Positions 1 through 9,131 of a stretch of DNA of 64,000 nucleotides are shown here, piece after piece. The translations under genes and the position numbers were made by a program. The notes below the pieces were generated by a model, which ran no database searches, was not told where the DNA came from, and was given only the letters and a program-made list of their open reading frames with translations. This DNA comes from an uncultured Pelagibacteraceae bacterium (GTDB taxonomy: Bacteria; Pseudomonadota; Alphaproteobacteria; Pelagibacterales; Pelagibacteraceae): assembly GCA_902518595.1 (NCBI GenBank), contig CABYGR010000001.1, forward strand, positions 2,704 to 66,703, given 5' to 3'. The first letter of the stretch is position 1. The number at the start of each line of letters is the position of its first letter.

Positions 1-2
1 AG

Positions 3-266
3 AAAATGGGTCATAAAAAATTAAATATTGAATTGCAAAAAAAAATAACAGAAATTCCTAAAGAATTAGTTAAATATAATCTTGAAATTGATGATGAACA
101 TATGGCTTTAGTCTATACTTATAATGTTGGAGCTGAAAAGACTGGTATTACTGATTTGTTACAAGACTTAAAAGATACCGGGTTAAAGTTAAGAGATTTA
201 AAAACAGAACAAAGCAATTTAGAAAAAATATTTGTTAATCTAGTAAAGGAGAACAATGAAATTTAA
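3..266 (+). CDS. ABC transporter ATP-binding protein, C-terminal part (YadG-like), truncated by the window start
   Basis: Frame is open from the window start; ends ...LRDLKTEQSNLEKIFVNLV, typical of YadG-type ATPase C-termini; overlaps the ABC-2 permease start. Confidence 0.8.
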   Translation, partial: KMGHKKLNIELQKKITEIPKELVKYNLEIDDEHMALVYTYNVGAEKTGITDLLQDLKDTGLKLRDLKTEQSNLEKIFVNLVKENNEI

Positions 267-1023
267 TTATTATGGTTTTAAAGCTATATATGTTCATGAG
301 ATGAATAGATTCTTAAGAACTGTAGGTCAGTCTCTTCTCTCACCAGTAATATCTACATCATTATATTTTGTTGTTTTTGGTTCAGTGATTGGTGGTTATA
401 TTCAAAAAATTGATGGTGTAAGTTATGGTTCATATATTGTTCCAGGTTTGTTAATGTTAACATTGCTTACTCAATCAATAAGTAATACCTCTTTTGGAAT
501 ATTTTTTCCAAAATTTAATGGAACTATTAACGAGATTTTAGCAGCACCTATTTCAACACTTGAAACAGTTCTAGCTTTTGTTGGAGCAGGAGCTACCAAA
601 ACTTTAATTGTTGGTGCTGTGATATATGTCACTGCTACATTTTTTGCTGATGTTTCTGTTGAGTATCCATTGTTAATGATATTTTTATTAGTTTTAGTTT
701 CTTTTACTTTTGCACTATTTGGTTTTTTAATTGGTGTTGTTAGTAAAGACTTCGAACAAATGTCTATCATTCCATCATTAGTTATTACACCGATGGTATT
801 TTTAGGGGGGAGTTTATATAGTTTGGATATGTTGCCACCATTCTGGCAAACTATTTCTTATTTTAATCCAGTTGTTTATTTAATTGATAGTTTAAGATTT
901 TCATTTTATGGAATATCAGATTTCAATATTTGGATAAGTATAGGCTCCATGGTCTCATTTTTAGTAATATGTGTGATTGCTGTCTCGATATTATTAAAAA
1001 AAGGTTATAATATTAAATCTTAA
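256..1023 (+). CDS. ABC-2 type transporter permease (YadH-like)
   Basis: Six hydrophobic segments; YGSYIVPGLLM and NPVVYLIDSLRFSFYG motifs. Confidence 0.9.
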   Translation: MKFNYYGFKAIYVHEMNRFLRTVGQSLLSPVISTSLYFVVFGSVIGGYIQKIDGVSYGSYIVPGLLMLTLLTQSISNTSFGIFFPKFNGTINEILAAPISTLETVLAFVGAGATKTLIVGAVIYVTATFFADVSVEYPLLMIFLLVLVSFTFALFGFLIGVVSKDFEQMSIIPSLVITPMVFLGGSLYSLDMLPPFWQTISYFNPVVYLIDSLRFSFYGISDFNIWISIGSMVSFLVICVIAVSILLKKGYNIKS

Positions 1024-2159
1024 GAAGAAGCTATTTTTTTTTTGGGATCGTAAAAAGGTTTTTCTATTACTTTAGAACTAATCTCATCACCATTAATAAT
1101 AACTTTTAAATTATTTCCAATTTCTGAATTATCAATCTCTACTATTGCTAGTGCTATATTTTTTTCTAATCTAGGAGAGTATACAGCAGAAGTAACTTTA
1201 CCAATTCTTTTGCCATCTTTAAATATTAACCAAAAAGTGGTATTTGGTCCTTTTAAAGGATTACAATGTAATTCTAAACCAATTTGTTTTCTTTTTATTC
1301 CATCATTTTTAATTTTTTTTAAAGCCTCTTTTCCAATAAAATTAATATCGTTATCTAAATTAACCAATCTGTCCAAGCCTAATTCAAAAGGGTTTGTATC
1401 GATATCTGCATCAGCATGATATGAAAGCATTCCACCTTCAATTCTCCTTATTGATGATGTATGACCAGGTTGTAGACCATGTTCTTTTCCTGCTTCCATT
1501 ATTTTTTCATAAAGTTGATTACCTTTTGAAGCATCTCTAAGAAACAACTCATATCCAAACTCACTAGACCAACCAGTTCTCGAAACAACTAATGGTATTC
1601 CATCTAATTTATACTCTTTAAACCAATAATATTTAAGATTTTTAATATCTTCACCAAATAATTTAATCATTATTTCAGATGAAGTTGGACCTTGTAATTG
1701 GAGCGGAGACACATCAGGTTCTGTAATATTAACATTCAATCCTGAATTTACTGCTACTCCTTGAGCCCAGAGTAAAACATCGCTATCAGCAAGTGATAAC
1801 CAAAAATGATTTTCTGCTAGCCTTAAAAGAACAGGATCATTAATTATTCCGCCTTTATCGTTTACAATTAGTACATATTTACATTGGCCAACTGATAATT
1901 TTGATAGATCTCTAGGTGTAAGTATTTGAATAAATTTATAAGCATCTGGACCAGTAATTTCTACTTGCCTTTCAACAGCAACATCACAAAGAATAGATTT
2001 TTCTATTAAATTCCAAAAATTTTGTTCAGGATTTCCAAAATCTCTGGGAATATACATGTGATTATAAACAGAAAATCCTGTTGCGCCCCACTTAACTGTT
2101 GAGTCAAAGTAAGGTGATTTTCTTATCTGAGTTCCAAATCCAAAATTTTTATTCAACAT
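1020..2159 (-). CDS. GcvT-family THF-dependent aminomethyltransferase/demethylase (DmdA-like paralog)
   Basis: VYNHMYIP, DVAVERQVEITGPDA, SRTGWSSEFGYE, RRIEGGMLSY motifs; start placed at MLNKN (2159), alternative 2174. Confidence 0.85.
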   Translation of the reverse strand: MLNKNFGFGTQIRKSPYFDSTVKWGATGFSVYNHMYIPRDFGNPEQNFWNLIEKSILCDVAVERQVEITGPDAYKFIQILTPRDLSKLSVGQCKYVLIVNDKGGIINDPVLLRLAENHFWLSLADSDVLLWAQGVAVNSGLNVNITEPDVSPLQLQGPTSSEIMIKLFGEDIKNLKYYWFKEYKLDGIPLVVSRTGWSSEFGYELFLRDASKGNQLYEKIMEAGKEHGLQPGHTSSIRRIEGGMLSYHADADIDTNPFELGLDRLVNLDNDINFIGKEALKKIKNDGIKRKQIGLELHCNPLKGPNTTFWLIFKDGKRIGKVTSAVYSPRLEKNIALAIVEIDNSEIGNNLKVIINGDEISSKVIEKPFYDPKKKIASS

Positions 2160-2197
2160 ATGAGCTCTTAACATAGAACTTCAAGATCACAAACATT

Positions 2198-2229
2198 AAA
2201 ATAACTGACCCATTTCTGAGCCAGTCATT
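2198..2229 (-). terminator. Rho-independent terminator after aceA
   Basis: Minus strand AAUGACUGGCUC-AGAAAU-GGGUCAGUUAUU, a 12-bp stem with G:U pairs followed by a short U run. Confidence 0.7.
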
Positions 2230-2262
2230 TACTAATCTAATACACAGGAGGAATTGTTTTTA

Positions 2263-3537
2263 TTAGAACTGTTCAGACTCTGTTGAGCCATCCATTGCTG
2301 TAGTTGAGCTTTTACCACTACTTATCGTATTGGAAACAGCATCAAAATAAGAAGTACCAACTTCTCTTTGATGTTTAACACTAGTGTAACCATCTTTTTC
2401 ACGAGCAAATTCTTGTTCTTGAATTTTTGAGTAAGCAGACATACCTTCTTTTTTATATTTTTCTGCAAGTTCAAAAATTGCAATATTCTGTGTATGAAAT
2501 CCAGCAAGGGTAATAAATTGAAATTTATAACCCATGGCACTGATTTCTTTTTGAAAAGAAGCTATCTCAGTGTCTGATAGATGTTTTTTCCAATTAAAGG
2601 ATGGTGAACAATTGTAGGCCAAAAGTTTACCGGGAAATTTTTCGTGAATAGCATCTGCAAACTTTTTTGCTTCTTTAAGATTTGGTGTTGCAGTTTCACA
2701 CCAAATTAAATCAGAGTAAGGTGCATAAGCTAAGCCCCTCGAAATTGCTTGATCTATCCCAGCTTTAACATAATAAAATCCTTCGGGAGATCTTTCACCT
2801 GTTAAAAATTTTTTGTCATTTTCATCGTGATCATTTGTAATTAGTTTTGCCGCATTGGCATCAGTTCTTGCTAGGATGATTAATGGTACATCTGCTATAT
2901 CGGCGGCTAATCTTGCAGCTTTTAAATTTTTAATCATTGTGCCTGTTGGTACCAATACTTTACCACCCATATGACCACATTTTTTTTCACTTGCTAATTG
3001 GTCTTCGAAATGAACTCCTGCAGCACCTGCTTTGATAAATTTTTTTGCAAGTTCAAATACATTTAATGGTCCACCGAAACCTGCTTCTCCGTCTGCAATG
3101 ATAGGTAGCATATAATCAACTTTTTTTTCTTTTTTCATATCACCATCTTTTATTTCCATATGTTGAATTTGATCTGCTCTAATTAAAGCATTATTCATTG
3201 ATTCAACTAATTTTGGGGCACTATCATAAGGATATAAAGATTGGTCAGGATACATTTCACCAGCACTGTTTGCATCAGCTGCTACTTGCCAGCCACTTAA
3301 ATATATAGCTTTCAATCCCGCCTTAGCATGTTGTACTGCATGATTTCCTGATAGAGAACCTAACGTGTTTACATAAGGTTCTGAATTTAATAAATTCCAT
3401 AATTTTATTGATTGATGTTTACACATTGAATGCTCAATTTTTATAGAGCCCCTTAATCTCTCAACCTCTTCTGGAGTATAATCTCTTTTTATACCTGCAA
3501 ATCTTTTTAAATCGTATGAGATGTTTTCTGCGCTCAT
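2263..3537 (-). CDS. aceA: Isocitrate lyase
   Basis: KKCGHMGGK catalytic signature; [14 protein letters not shown]; YNCSPSFNW. Confidence 0.98.
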   Translation of the reverse strand: MSAENISYDLKRFAGIKRDYTPEEVERLRGSIKIEHSMCKHQSIKLWNLLNSEPYVNTLGSLSGNHAVQHAKAGLKAIYLSGWQVAADANSAGEMYPDQSLYPYDSAPKLVESMNNALIRADQIQHMEIKDGDMKKEKKVDYMLPIIADGEAGFGGPLNVFELAKKFIKAGAAGVHFEDQLASEKKCGHMGGKVLVPTGTMIKNLKAARLAADIADVPLIILARTDANAAKLITNDHDENDKKFLTGERSPEGFYYVKAGIDQAISRGLAYAPYSDLIWCETATPNLKEAKKFADAIHEKFPGKLLAYNCSPSFNWKKHLSDTEIASFQKEISAMGYKFQFITLAGFHTQNIAIFELAEKYKKEGMSAYSKIQEQEFAREKDGYTSVKHQREVGTSYFDAVSNTISSGKSSTTAMDGSTESEQF

Positions 3538-3600
3538 TATTGATATCCTGAAAAGTTATATTTTTATTTATTGAAATGAATTAAATAGAACGAATTAGAT

Positions 3601-3762
3601 TTAGTTTGAGTCGTTTAGGGTCTCAACTAGATCTTTCATTCCACTTGAGCCCCAATCACAATGGTCATCTCTCATGTAGATCCCTCTGCTATTATGTCTA
3701 GCTAGATCTTCATGTTTTATGATTTGAGCTTCATTTTCGTTATTTTTAATTTTTTCGTCCAT
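3601..3762 (-). CDS. Small hypothetical protein (53 aa) upstream of aceA
   Basis: Hand translation MDEKIKNNENEAQIIKHEDLARHNSRGIYMRDDHCDWGSSGMKDLVETLNDSN*; fills an otherwise long intergenic gap; below the ORF-track cutoff. Confidence 0.6.
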   Translation of the reverse strand: MDEKIKNNENEAQIIKHEDLARHNSRGIYMRDDHCDWGSSGMKDLVETLNDSN

Positions 3763-3866
3763 GTAAATTTTATAATTTACAGAATTTACAAAATCTATAA
3801 AAAAGATTAAAAAGCTTGTAAATAAGAGAAAAAAATTGTAAAAATAAATTTACAAAATTTACAAAT
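3761..3866. promoter_or_regulatory. Candidate RamB/ScfR operator repeats in the divergent aceA-regulator promoter
   Basis: TTTACA(G/A)A at 3776, 3785, 3849 and 3858, plus inverted TGTAAA at 3762, 3817 and 3837. Confidence 0.6.
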
Positions 3867-3873
3867 AGAAAAT

Positions 3874-5304
3874 ATGAGTCAATTAAATTTAAAAATTGGT
3901 CCAAAAATCAAGGCTTTTCGAAGACAACTAGGTCTTCAGGCAAATAAGCTTGCTGAAGAATTGAGTATTTCTCCAAGTTATTTGAATTTAATAGAAGGAG
4001 GAAAAAGAAAAATAGATGGAGATTTACTTTTAAAAATTTGCGAAAAACTCAATATTGAGCTTTCACAATTAACATCAAAAACAGACATTAATTTAGAAAA
4101 TACTTTGTCAGAAATTTTGGATGATAAACTCTTTGAGGACTTGGATATTTTAGGTCCAGAAGTAAAAGATCTTGTGGGAACCAATCCTAAAATCGGTAAA
4201 GCAATTGTAAGATTGGGAGATATTCTAAAAAAAAAAGATCATGAAATGATAAATAAAATTGAGACTATCTCTGGCAAAATTGTAGATAACAGAAAAAACT
4301 CTTTTCCAGGTGAAGTTATTTCAGATTTTTTACAAGAAAATAAGAATTATTTTCCAAAACTTGAAGATTTTGCAAATAAAGTTTTTGATAAAGTCCAAAA
4401 AAATAATCGAACAAGGTATATTGCTCTTTGTGATTACTTAAAGGTAGAATATGGCATAACTGTAAAAGATATAATTCCTGAAGAAGACAAACCTTTTTCG
4501 AAAATTTTTAATAAAAATAAAAAAGAGCTTTTATTGAGTGATTACAGTTCTTTAGAAACTAAAAAGCTGCATGCAGCAGCTCAAATTGCTCAAGAGGGTG
4601 CAAATAAAGAAATTGAAGATTATTTGTCTAATTTTACTTTTCCTTCTGAAGAATCTAAGAAATTATCAAAAGTAGCTCTACTTAATTATTGTGGAGCTGC
4701 AATATTAATGCCTTACAAGCCTTTTCATTCAGAATGCAAAAAGCTTAAATATGATTTAGAATTATTACAAAATACTTTTGCAACATCTTTTGAACAAGTT
4801 GCTCACAGAGTTACATGTTTACAAGATCCAAAATTACCCGGAATACCTTTTCATTTTTTAAGAGTTGATATGGCTGGAAATATTTCAAAAAGATTTTCGT
4901 TATCTGGAATTGAAATACCCAGATATGGAGGTGCCTGTCCTAGATGGAATGTTTACTCAGCTCTTACTAGACCTGGTGTTATTCAAGCTGCAGTAAGTAA
5001 AATGACTAATGGAGAAAAGTATGTTTGTATTGCAAGGACAGTTGAAAAAGGAATTGGTAGATTTGGTCAATCAAAAAGTATTTTATCAATTGGACTTGGA
5101 TGTGAAGCAAAATATGCAAAAGATTTTGTATACACTGAAAATATAAACATTAATGATAAATCTACAGAAATTCCAATTGGTGTATCATGCAGAACATGCG
5201 ATAGATTAGACTGTTCACAAAGAGCATTTCCTCCTTTACATAAAAAATTTGATGTTGATATCAATACTAGAGGAGTATCTGTTTATGTTGGTGACAAAAA
5301 TTAA
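3874..5304 (+). CDS. ramB: XRE-family short-chain fatty acyl-CoA regulator (RamB/PrpR/PccR, ScfR family)
   Basis: N-terminal HTH (ISPSYLNLIEGGKR); TSFEQVAHR; GGACPRWNVY; C-terminal Cys cluster IGVSCRTCDRLDCSQRAFPP; divergent from aceA. Confidence 0.9.
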   Translation: MSQLNLKIGPKIKAFRRQLGLQANKLAEELSISPSYLNLIEGGKRKIDGDLLLKICEKLNIELSQLTSKTDINLENTLSEILDDKLFEDLDILGPEVKDLVGTNPKIGKAIVRLGDILKKKDHEMINKIETISGKIVDNRKNSFPGEVISDFLQENKNYFPKLEDFANKVFDKVQKNNRTRYIALCDYLKVEYGITVKDIIPEEDKPFSKIFNKNKKELLLSDYSSLETKKLHAAAQIAQEGANKEIEDYLSNFTFPSEESKKLSKVALLNYCGAAILMPYKPFHSECKKLKYDLELLQNTFATSFEQVAHRVTCLQDPKLPGIPFHFLRVDMAGNISKRFSLSGIEIPRYGGACPRWNVYSALTRPGVIQAAVSKMTNGEKYVCIARTVEKGIGRFGQSKSILSIGLGCEAKYAKDFVYTENININDKSTEIPIGVSCRTCDRLDCSQRAFPPLHKKFDVDINTRGVSVYVGDKN

Positions 5305-5315
5305 TAAATCTAATA

Positions 5316-5480
5316 ATGATTAAATTTATAATTCCTGCAGTAATTTTCTTTTTTGTTGTCTTATTTTGGGAAAAAATAAATGAGGCAATATACAAAAAAT
5401 TTAACATTAAAATTAATAATATTATTATATTAATATTATTAGTCATTTTAGGCATAATATTTGCCTTATTGTATTACTAA
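5316..5480 (+). CDS. Small membrane protein (54 aa, two hydrophobic segments)
   Basis: MIKFIIPAVIFFFVVLFWEKINEAIYKKFNIKINNIIILILLVILGIIFALLYY*; starts 11 nt after the regulator stop. Confidence 0.55.
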   Translation: MIKFIIPAVIFFFVVLFWEKINEAIYKKFNIKINNIIILILLVILGIIFALLYY

Positions 5481-5570
5481 TTTTATGAAAAATTGTCATA
5501 GCTAATTTGTTAAATGATCATATGATGTTCAATTCTTATTAGGTAATTATAGGCAAATTAAATATATCCA

Positions 5571-6194
5571 ATGAAAGAAATATTCAAAAATGTAAGAGAA
5601 AAACTAATAGCTAAATATTTAGATAATAACAGTTCAAAAAATACTAAAAAATTTAAACCTAGATTCAAAGCTAGAATCAGAAAGAATAAACAAATTATTG
5701 GAAAAAATATTGATAATTTATTCGATTGGATTAAAGGCGCTGAACTTGTTGAATTAAAAAAATGTAATACTGATGAAGATCCAGTTAGACCAGAATTAGA
5801 CAATGTTTTTAGAAGAAGTTATGGAAGAAAAATATATGGAGTAAAGTATGGTGGAGAAATTCATGCTGTAATGTGCTTTGCATACACTAATCAAATTCCA
5901 AAGAATGTTGATGAACTAAATAAACTTAGTCACGACGCATATTTACAAAGTGCTCAACGAGATCAAAATATTGGTCAAATTGCAATTGCATATACAGTTT
6001 GGTCCAAAAAAAAGGGTGGAGGGAAATTAATTGTAAAAGAAGTTTTCAAAAAAATTAAAAAATCCAATCATTTAAATAGACTAGTGACACTCTCACCACT
6101 TACAGAAATGGCAACTAAATTTCACACCAGAAATGGCGCTAAACTATTGCAAATTAATGAAACTACTCAAAATTTTGAATACAAAATTCTTTAA
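5571..6194 (+). CDS. Hypothetical protein with a minimal malonyl-CoA decarboxylase-like (GNAT-fold) C-terminal domain
   Basis: AIAYTVWS...LIVKEV...LVTLSP...KFHTRNGAKLLQIN resembles the MCD motifs AIFYSIS / TLSP / FHLxNGA. Confidence 0.55.
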   Translation: MKEIFKNVREKLIAKYLDNNSSKNTKKFKPRFKARIRKNKQIIGKNIDNLFDWIKGAELVELKKCNTDEDPVRPELDNVFRRSYGRKIYGVKYGGEIHAVMCFAYTNQIPKNVDELNKLSHDAYLQSAQRDQNIGQIAIAYTVWSKKKGGGKLIVKEVFKKIKKSNHLNRLVTLSPLTEMATKFHTRNGAKLLQINETTQNFEYKIL

Positions 6195-7245
6195 TTTTAC
6201 AATCTTTTTTATTTTAATTTTTACTTACAATTGTTTATCAATAGAAATGAATAAAAAACCTTATCACCATTTATCAGATGGTACATTTAGAAATCCAGAA
6301 GGATCTCCTGAAAGAGATACAAATTTTAAATGGTCATTCAAAGTTTTTAATAAAGAGAAAAAAAAACTCAATATGACAGTTCCCGAAGAACATGTTGTTA
6401 AAAAAGAAAAAGTATTATCTGATTTAAAAAAATTAAAAGATGAGGATTACATTGCATGGATAGGACATGCTACGTTTATTATTAAACTAGGAAATACCAC
6501 AATCATAACAGATCCCGTCTTTTCTAAAAATGCAGGTCCGTTAATATTTGGTCCAAAAAGATTTACTGAACCAGCCCTAAAATTAAATGAAATTCCTAAA
6601 ATTGATCTTTTTTTACTTACCCATAATCATTATGATCATCAAGATATGATGACAATTCGTAGGTTTCCATTTAAGGATGCAAAAGTGATGCTCCCACTAA
6701 AACTTGGAAAATATTTTACAAAAAATGGATATAAAGATGTAAATGAAATGGATTGGTACGATGAAATAAATGTTAATGAGAAATTAAAAATTACATTTCT
6801 TCCCGCAGTTCATTGGTCTAAAAGAAGTCTAACAGATACCAACAAAACTTTATGGGGTAATTTCTTGATTGAATATGATGGAAAAAAAATTTTATTTGCT
6901 TGTGATACTGGAGTTGGAAACATTTATAGAGATTTAGGAAATAAATATGGTCCAATAGATATCTCTTTTATTAACATTGGTGCTTATAATTTTTATCCAA
7001 TATCACCTTATAAAGATAAATCTGCTTATCATACTAATCCCGAAGAAGCGCTGAGTATAGGTAGAGATTTGAAAAGCAAAAAAGTTATAGGAACCCACTG
7101 GGGTACCTTTGTTTTATCTTTAGAGCCAATAATGGAACCTCCAGTTAGATTTAAAGAAAATGCAGAGAAATATGGTTTTAAAAAAGAAGATGCTATTATT
7201 TTTAAAATTGGCCAATTTAACAAATTACAAGATATAATTAATTAA
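6157..7245 (+). CDS. Metallo-beta-lactamase fold hydrolase, NAPE-PLD/RomA-like, with N-terminal signal or anchor
   Basis: WIGHAT, ITDPVFS, THNHYDH, PAVHWSKRS, THWGTF motifs; start uncertain (6133 or 6157). Confidence 0.85.
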   Translation: MKLLKILNTKFFNFTIFFILIFTYNCLSIEMNKKPYHHLSDGTFRNPEGSPERDTNFKWSFKVFNKEKKKLNMTVPEEHVVKKEKVLSDLKKLKDEDYIAWIGHATFIIKLGNTTIITDPVFSKNAGPLIFGPKRFTEPALKLNEIPKIDLFLLTHNHYDHQDMMTIRRFPFKDAKVMLPLKLGKYFTKNGYKDVNEMDWYDEINVNEKLKITFLPAVHWSKRSLTDTNKTLWGNFLIEYDGKKILFACDTGVGNIYRDLGNKYGPIDISFINIGAYNFYPISPYKDKSAYHTNPEEALSIGRDLKSKKVIGTHWGTFVLSLEPIMEPPVRFKENAEKYGFKKEDAIIFKIGQFNKLQDIIN

Positions 7246-7246
7246 T

Positions 7247-8146
7247 ATGGGAAATAAAAATTCTAGAAATATGATCGGTTATGGATCAAAGGGTAAAAAA
7301 ATCTCTTGGCCCAATAATGCTAAATTAGCTCTCCAAATAGTTTTAAATTATGAGGAAGGTGCTGAGAATTGTGTTTTAAATGGTGACAAACATTCAGAAA
7401 CTTTTTTATCTGAAATTATTGGTGCTAAAGCAATTAAGGGGAGGCATATTAGCATGGAAAGTATTTATGAATATGGTTCGAGAGCAGGTTTTTGGAGATT
7501 AGATAAATTATTTAAAGAAAAAAAAATTCCAGTAACGATTTTTGGAGTGGGGCTTGCGTTGAAACAAAATCCCGAAGTATGTGATGCTATTAAAAATGGT
7601 GACTATGAAATAGCGGCTCATGGATATAGATGGATTGATTATCAAAATATTAAAAAAACAGAAGAAAAAAAAGATATGCAAAAAGCAATTAAGACAATCA
7701 AAAATATTTTTGGCTTGAGACCACTAGGTTGGTATACTGGTCGATGTAGTCCAAATACGAGGGATTTAGTTTTTGATGATGGTGGTTTCTTATATGACAG
7801 TGATAGTTATAATGATGATTTGCCTTACTGGGAACATAAAGGTAAAAAAAAACAACTTATTATTCCTTATACTTTAGATAACAATGATATGAGATTTGCA
7901 ACAAATCAAGGATTTAATACAGGTGATCATTTTTATAATTATCTAAAAGATAGTTTTGATGTTTTATATGAAGAAGGGAAAACAAGTCCTAAGATGATGT
8001 CAGTTGGGTTACATTGTAGACTAATAGGTCGACCTGGAAGAATTCAATCATTAAAAAGATTCTTAGATTATGTTCTTAAATTTGAAGATATATGGATTTG
8101 CAAAAGAATTGATATAGCTAAACATTGGATTAAGAATTATTCATAA
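7247..8146 (+). CDS. puuE: Allantoinase PuuE (polysaccharide deacetylase fold)
   Basis: WPNNAKLALQIVLNYEEGAE, MESIYEYGSRAGFWR, GWYTGRCSPNTR, MMSVGLHCRLIGRPGR; precedes allantoicase. Confidence 0.93.
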   Translation: MGNKNSRNMIGYGSKGKKISWPNNAKLALQIVLNYEEGAENCVLNGDKHSETFLSEIIGAKAIKGRHISMESIYEYGSRAGFWRLDKLFKEKKIPVTIFGVGLALKQNPEVCDAIKNGDYEIAAHGYRWIDYQNIKKTEEKKDMQKAIKTIKNIFGLRPLGWYTGRCSPNTRDLVFDDGGFLYDSDSYNDDLPYWEHKGKKKQLIIPYTLDNNDMRFATNQGFNTGDHFYNYLKDSFDVLYEEGKTSPKMMSVGLHCRLIGRPGRIQSLKRFLDYVLKFEDIWICKRIDIAKHWIKNYS

Positions 8147-8147
8147 T

Positions 8148-9131
8148 ATGAAAGAAAAGATAATATTTACTAACGGATTAATAGATTTGGCTCAGCCAAG
8201 ATTAGGCACAAAAATAATTTTTAAAACAGACGATTTTTTTGCATCTGCAAACAGAATTATTAGTCCAACTAATCCTATCTTTAAGGAAGGTGTATTTGAT
8301 AAACATGGAAAATGGATGGATGGCTGGGAATCTAGAAGAAAAAGAACTCCGGGACATGATTATATTATTTTAAAACTTGGCAAGCCAGGAACTATTTCTA
8401 AGATCGATATAGACACATCTCACTTTAACGGCAATCAACCCGCTATGATTTCAGTTGAAGGGGCCTACTCTCATTCAAATAAGATTAATAAATTAAAATG
8501 GACATCAATTCTTCCAAAAAAAAAGACAAAAGCAAATTCACATCATTTTTTCACAGTAAAAAATAAAAAAATATTTACACATATCAAATTTAATATTTTT
8601 CCAGATGGAGGTGTTGCTAGATTAAGATTATATGGATCTATAGGAAAATCTGAAAAGTTTAAAAATAAAAAAATAAATCTCGCCTCATTGCTGGATGGGG
8701 CATCAGTTATTGCTTGTAATAATGAGCACTTTGGTAAAGCTGAAAATATTTTAGCCCCAGGTAAAGCAAAAAATATGGGTGATGGTTGGGAGACTAGAAG
8801 ACGAAGAGGTAAGGGAAATGATTGGTTAATTTTAAATTGTATTGAAGGAAGTTTTATTGATAAAATTGAGATTTCTACTCATCATTTCAAGGGAAATTTT
8901 CCTAGTCATTGTTCTTTACAGGCTGCTTATCTATCATCAAAAAGCTCTAAACAAATTGTAAACTCATCAAATAAATGGAAATATTTATTAAAGACTACAA
9001 AGTTATCATCTAATAAAACTCACTTATTTAAAAATTCTCTTATGAAAAAAGAAAAAGTCAACCATATTAGAATTAACATATTTCCTGACGGAGGCATTTC
9101 CAGATTTAGAATTTTTGGTAAAAAGATATGA
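8148..9131 (+). CDS. alc: Allantoicase
   Basis: Two repeats carrying DGWESRRKR / DGWETRRRR and IFPDGG motifs. Confidence 0.95.
   Translation: MKEKIIFTNGLIDLAQPRLGTKIIFKTDDFFASANRIISPTNPIFKEGVFDKHGKWMDGWESRRKRTPGHDYIILKLGKPGTISKIDIDTSHFNGNQPAMISVEGAYSHSNKINKLKWTSILPKKKTKANSHHFFTVKNKKIFTHIKFNIFPDGGVARLRLYGSIGKSEKFKNKKINLASLLDGASVIACNNEHFGKAENILAPGKAKNMGDGWETRRRRGKGNDWLILNCIEGSFIDKIEISTHHFKGNFPSHCSLQAAYLSSKSSKQIVNSSNKWKYLLKTTKLSSNKTHLFKNSLMKKEKVNHIRINIFPDGGISRFRIFGKKI

Noticed and set aside
1020-2159. Calling this gene dmdA or gcvT
   Set aside because: Motifs differ from recalled SAR11 DmdA, and there is no gcvH, gcvP or glycine riboswitch nearby; left as a paralog.
2247-2284. Plus-strand antisense ORF using GGAGG at 2247 as RBS
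   Set aside because: The TTG is too close to the SD and the frame closes after about 10 codons inside aceA.
5267-5455. Minus-strand 62-aa ORF
   Set aside because: Overlaps the regulator 3' end; the plus-strand 5316-5480 ORF fits the gap better.
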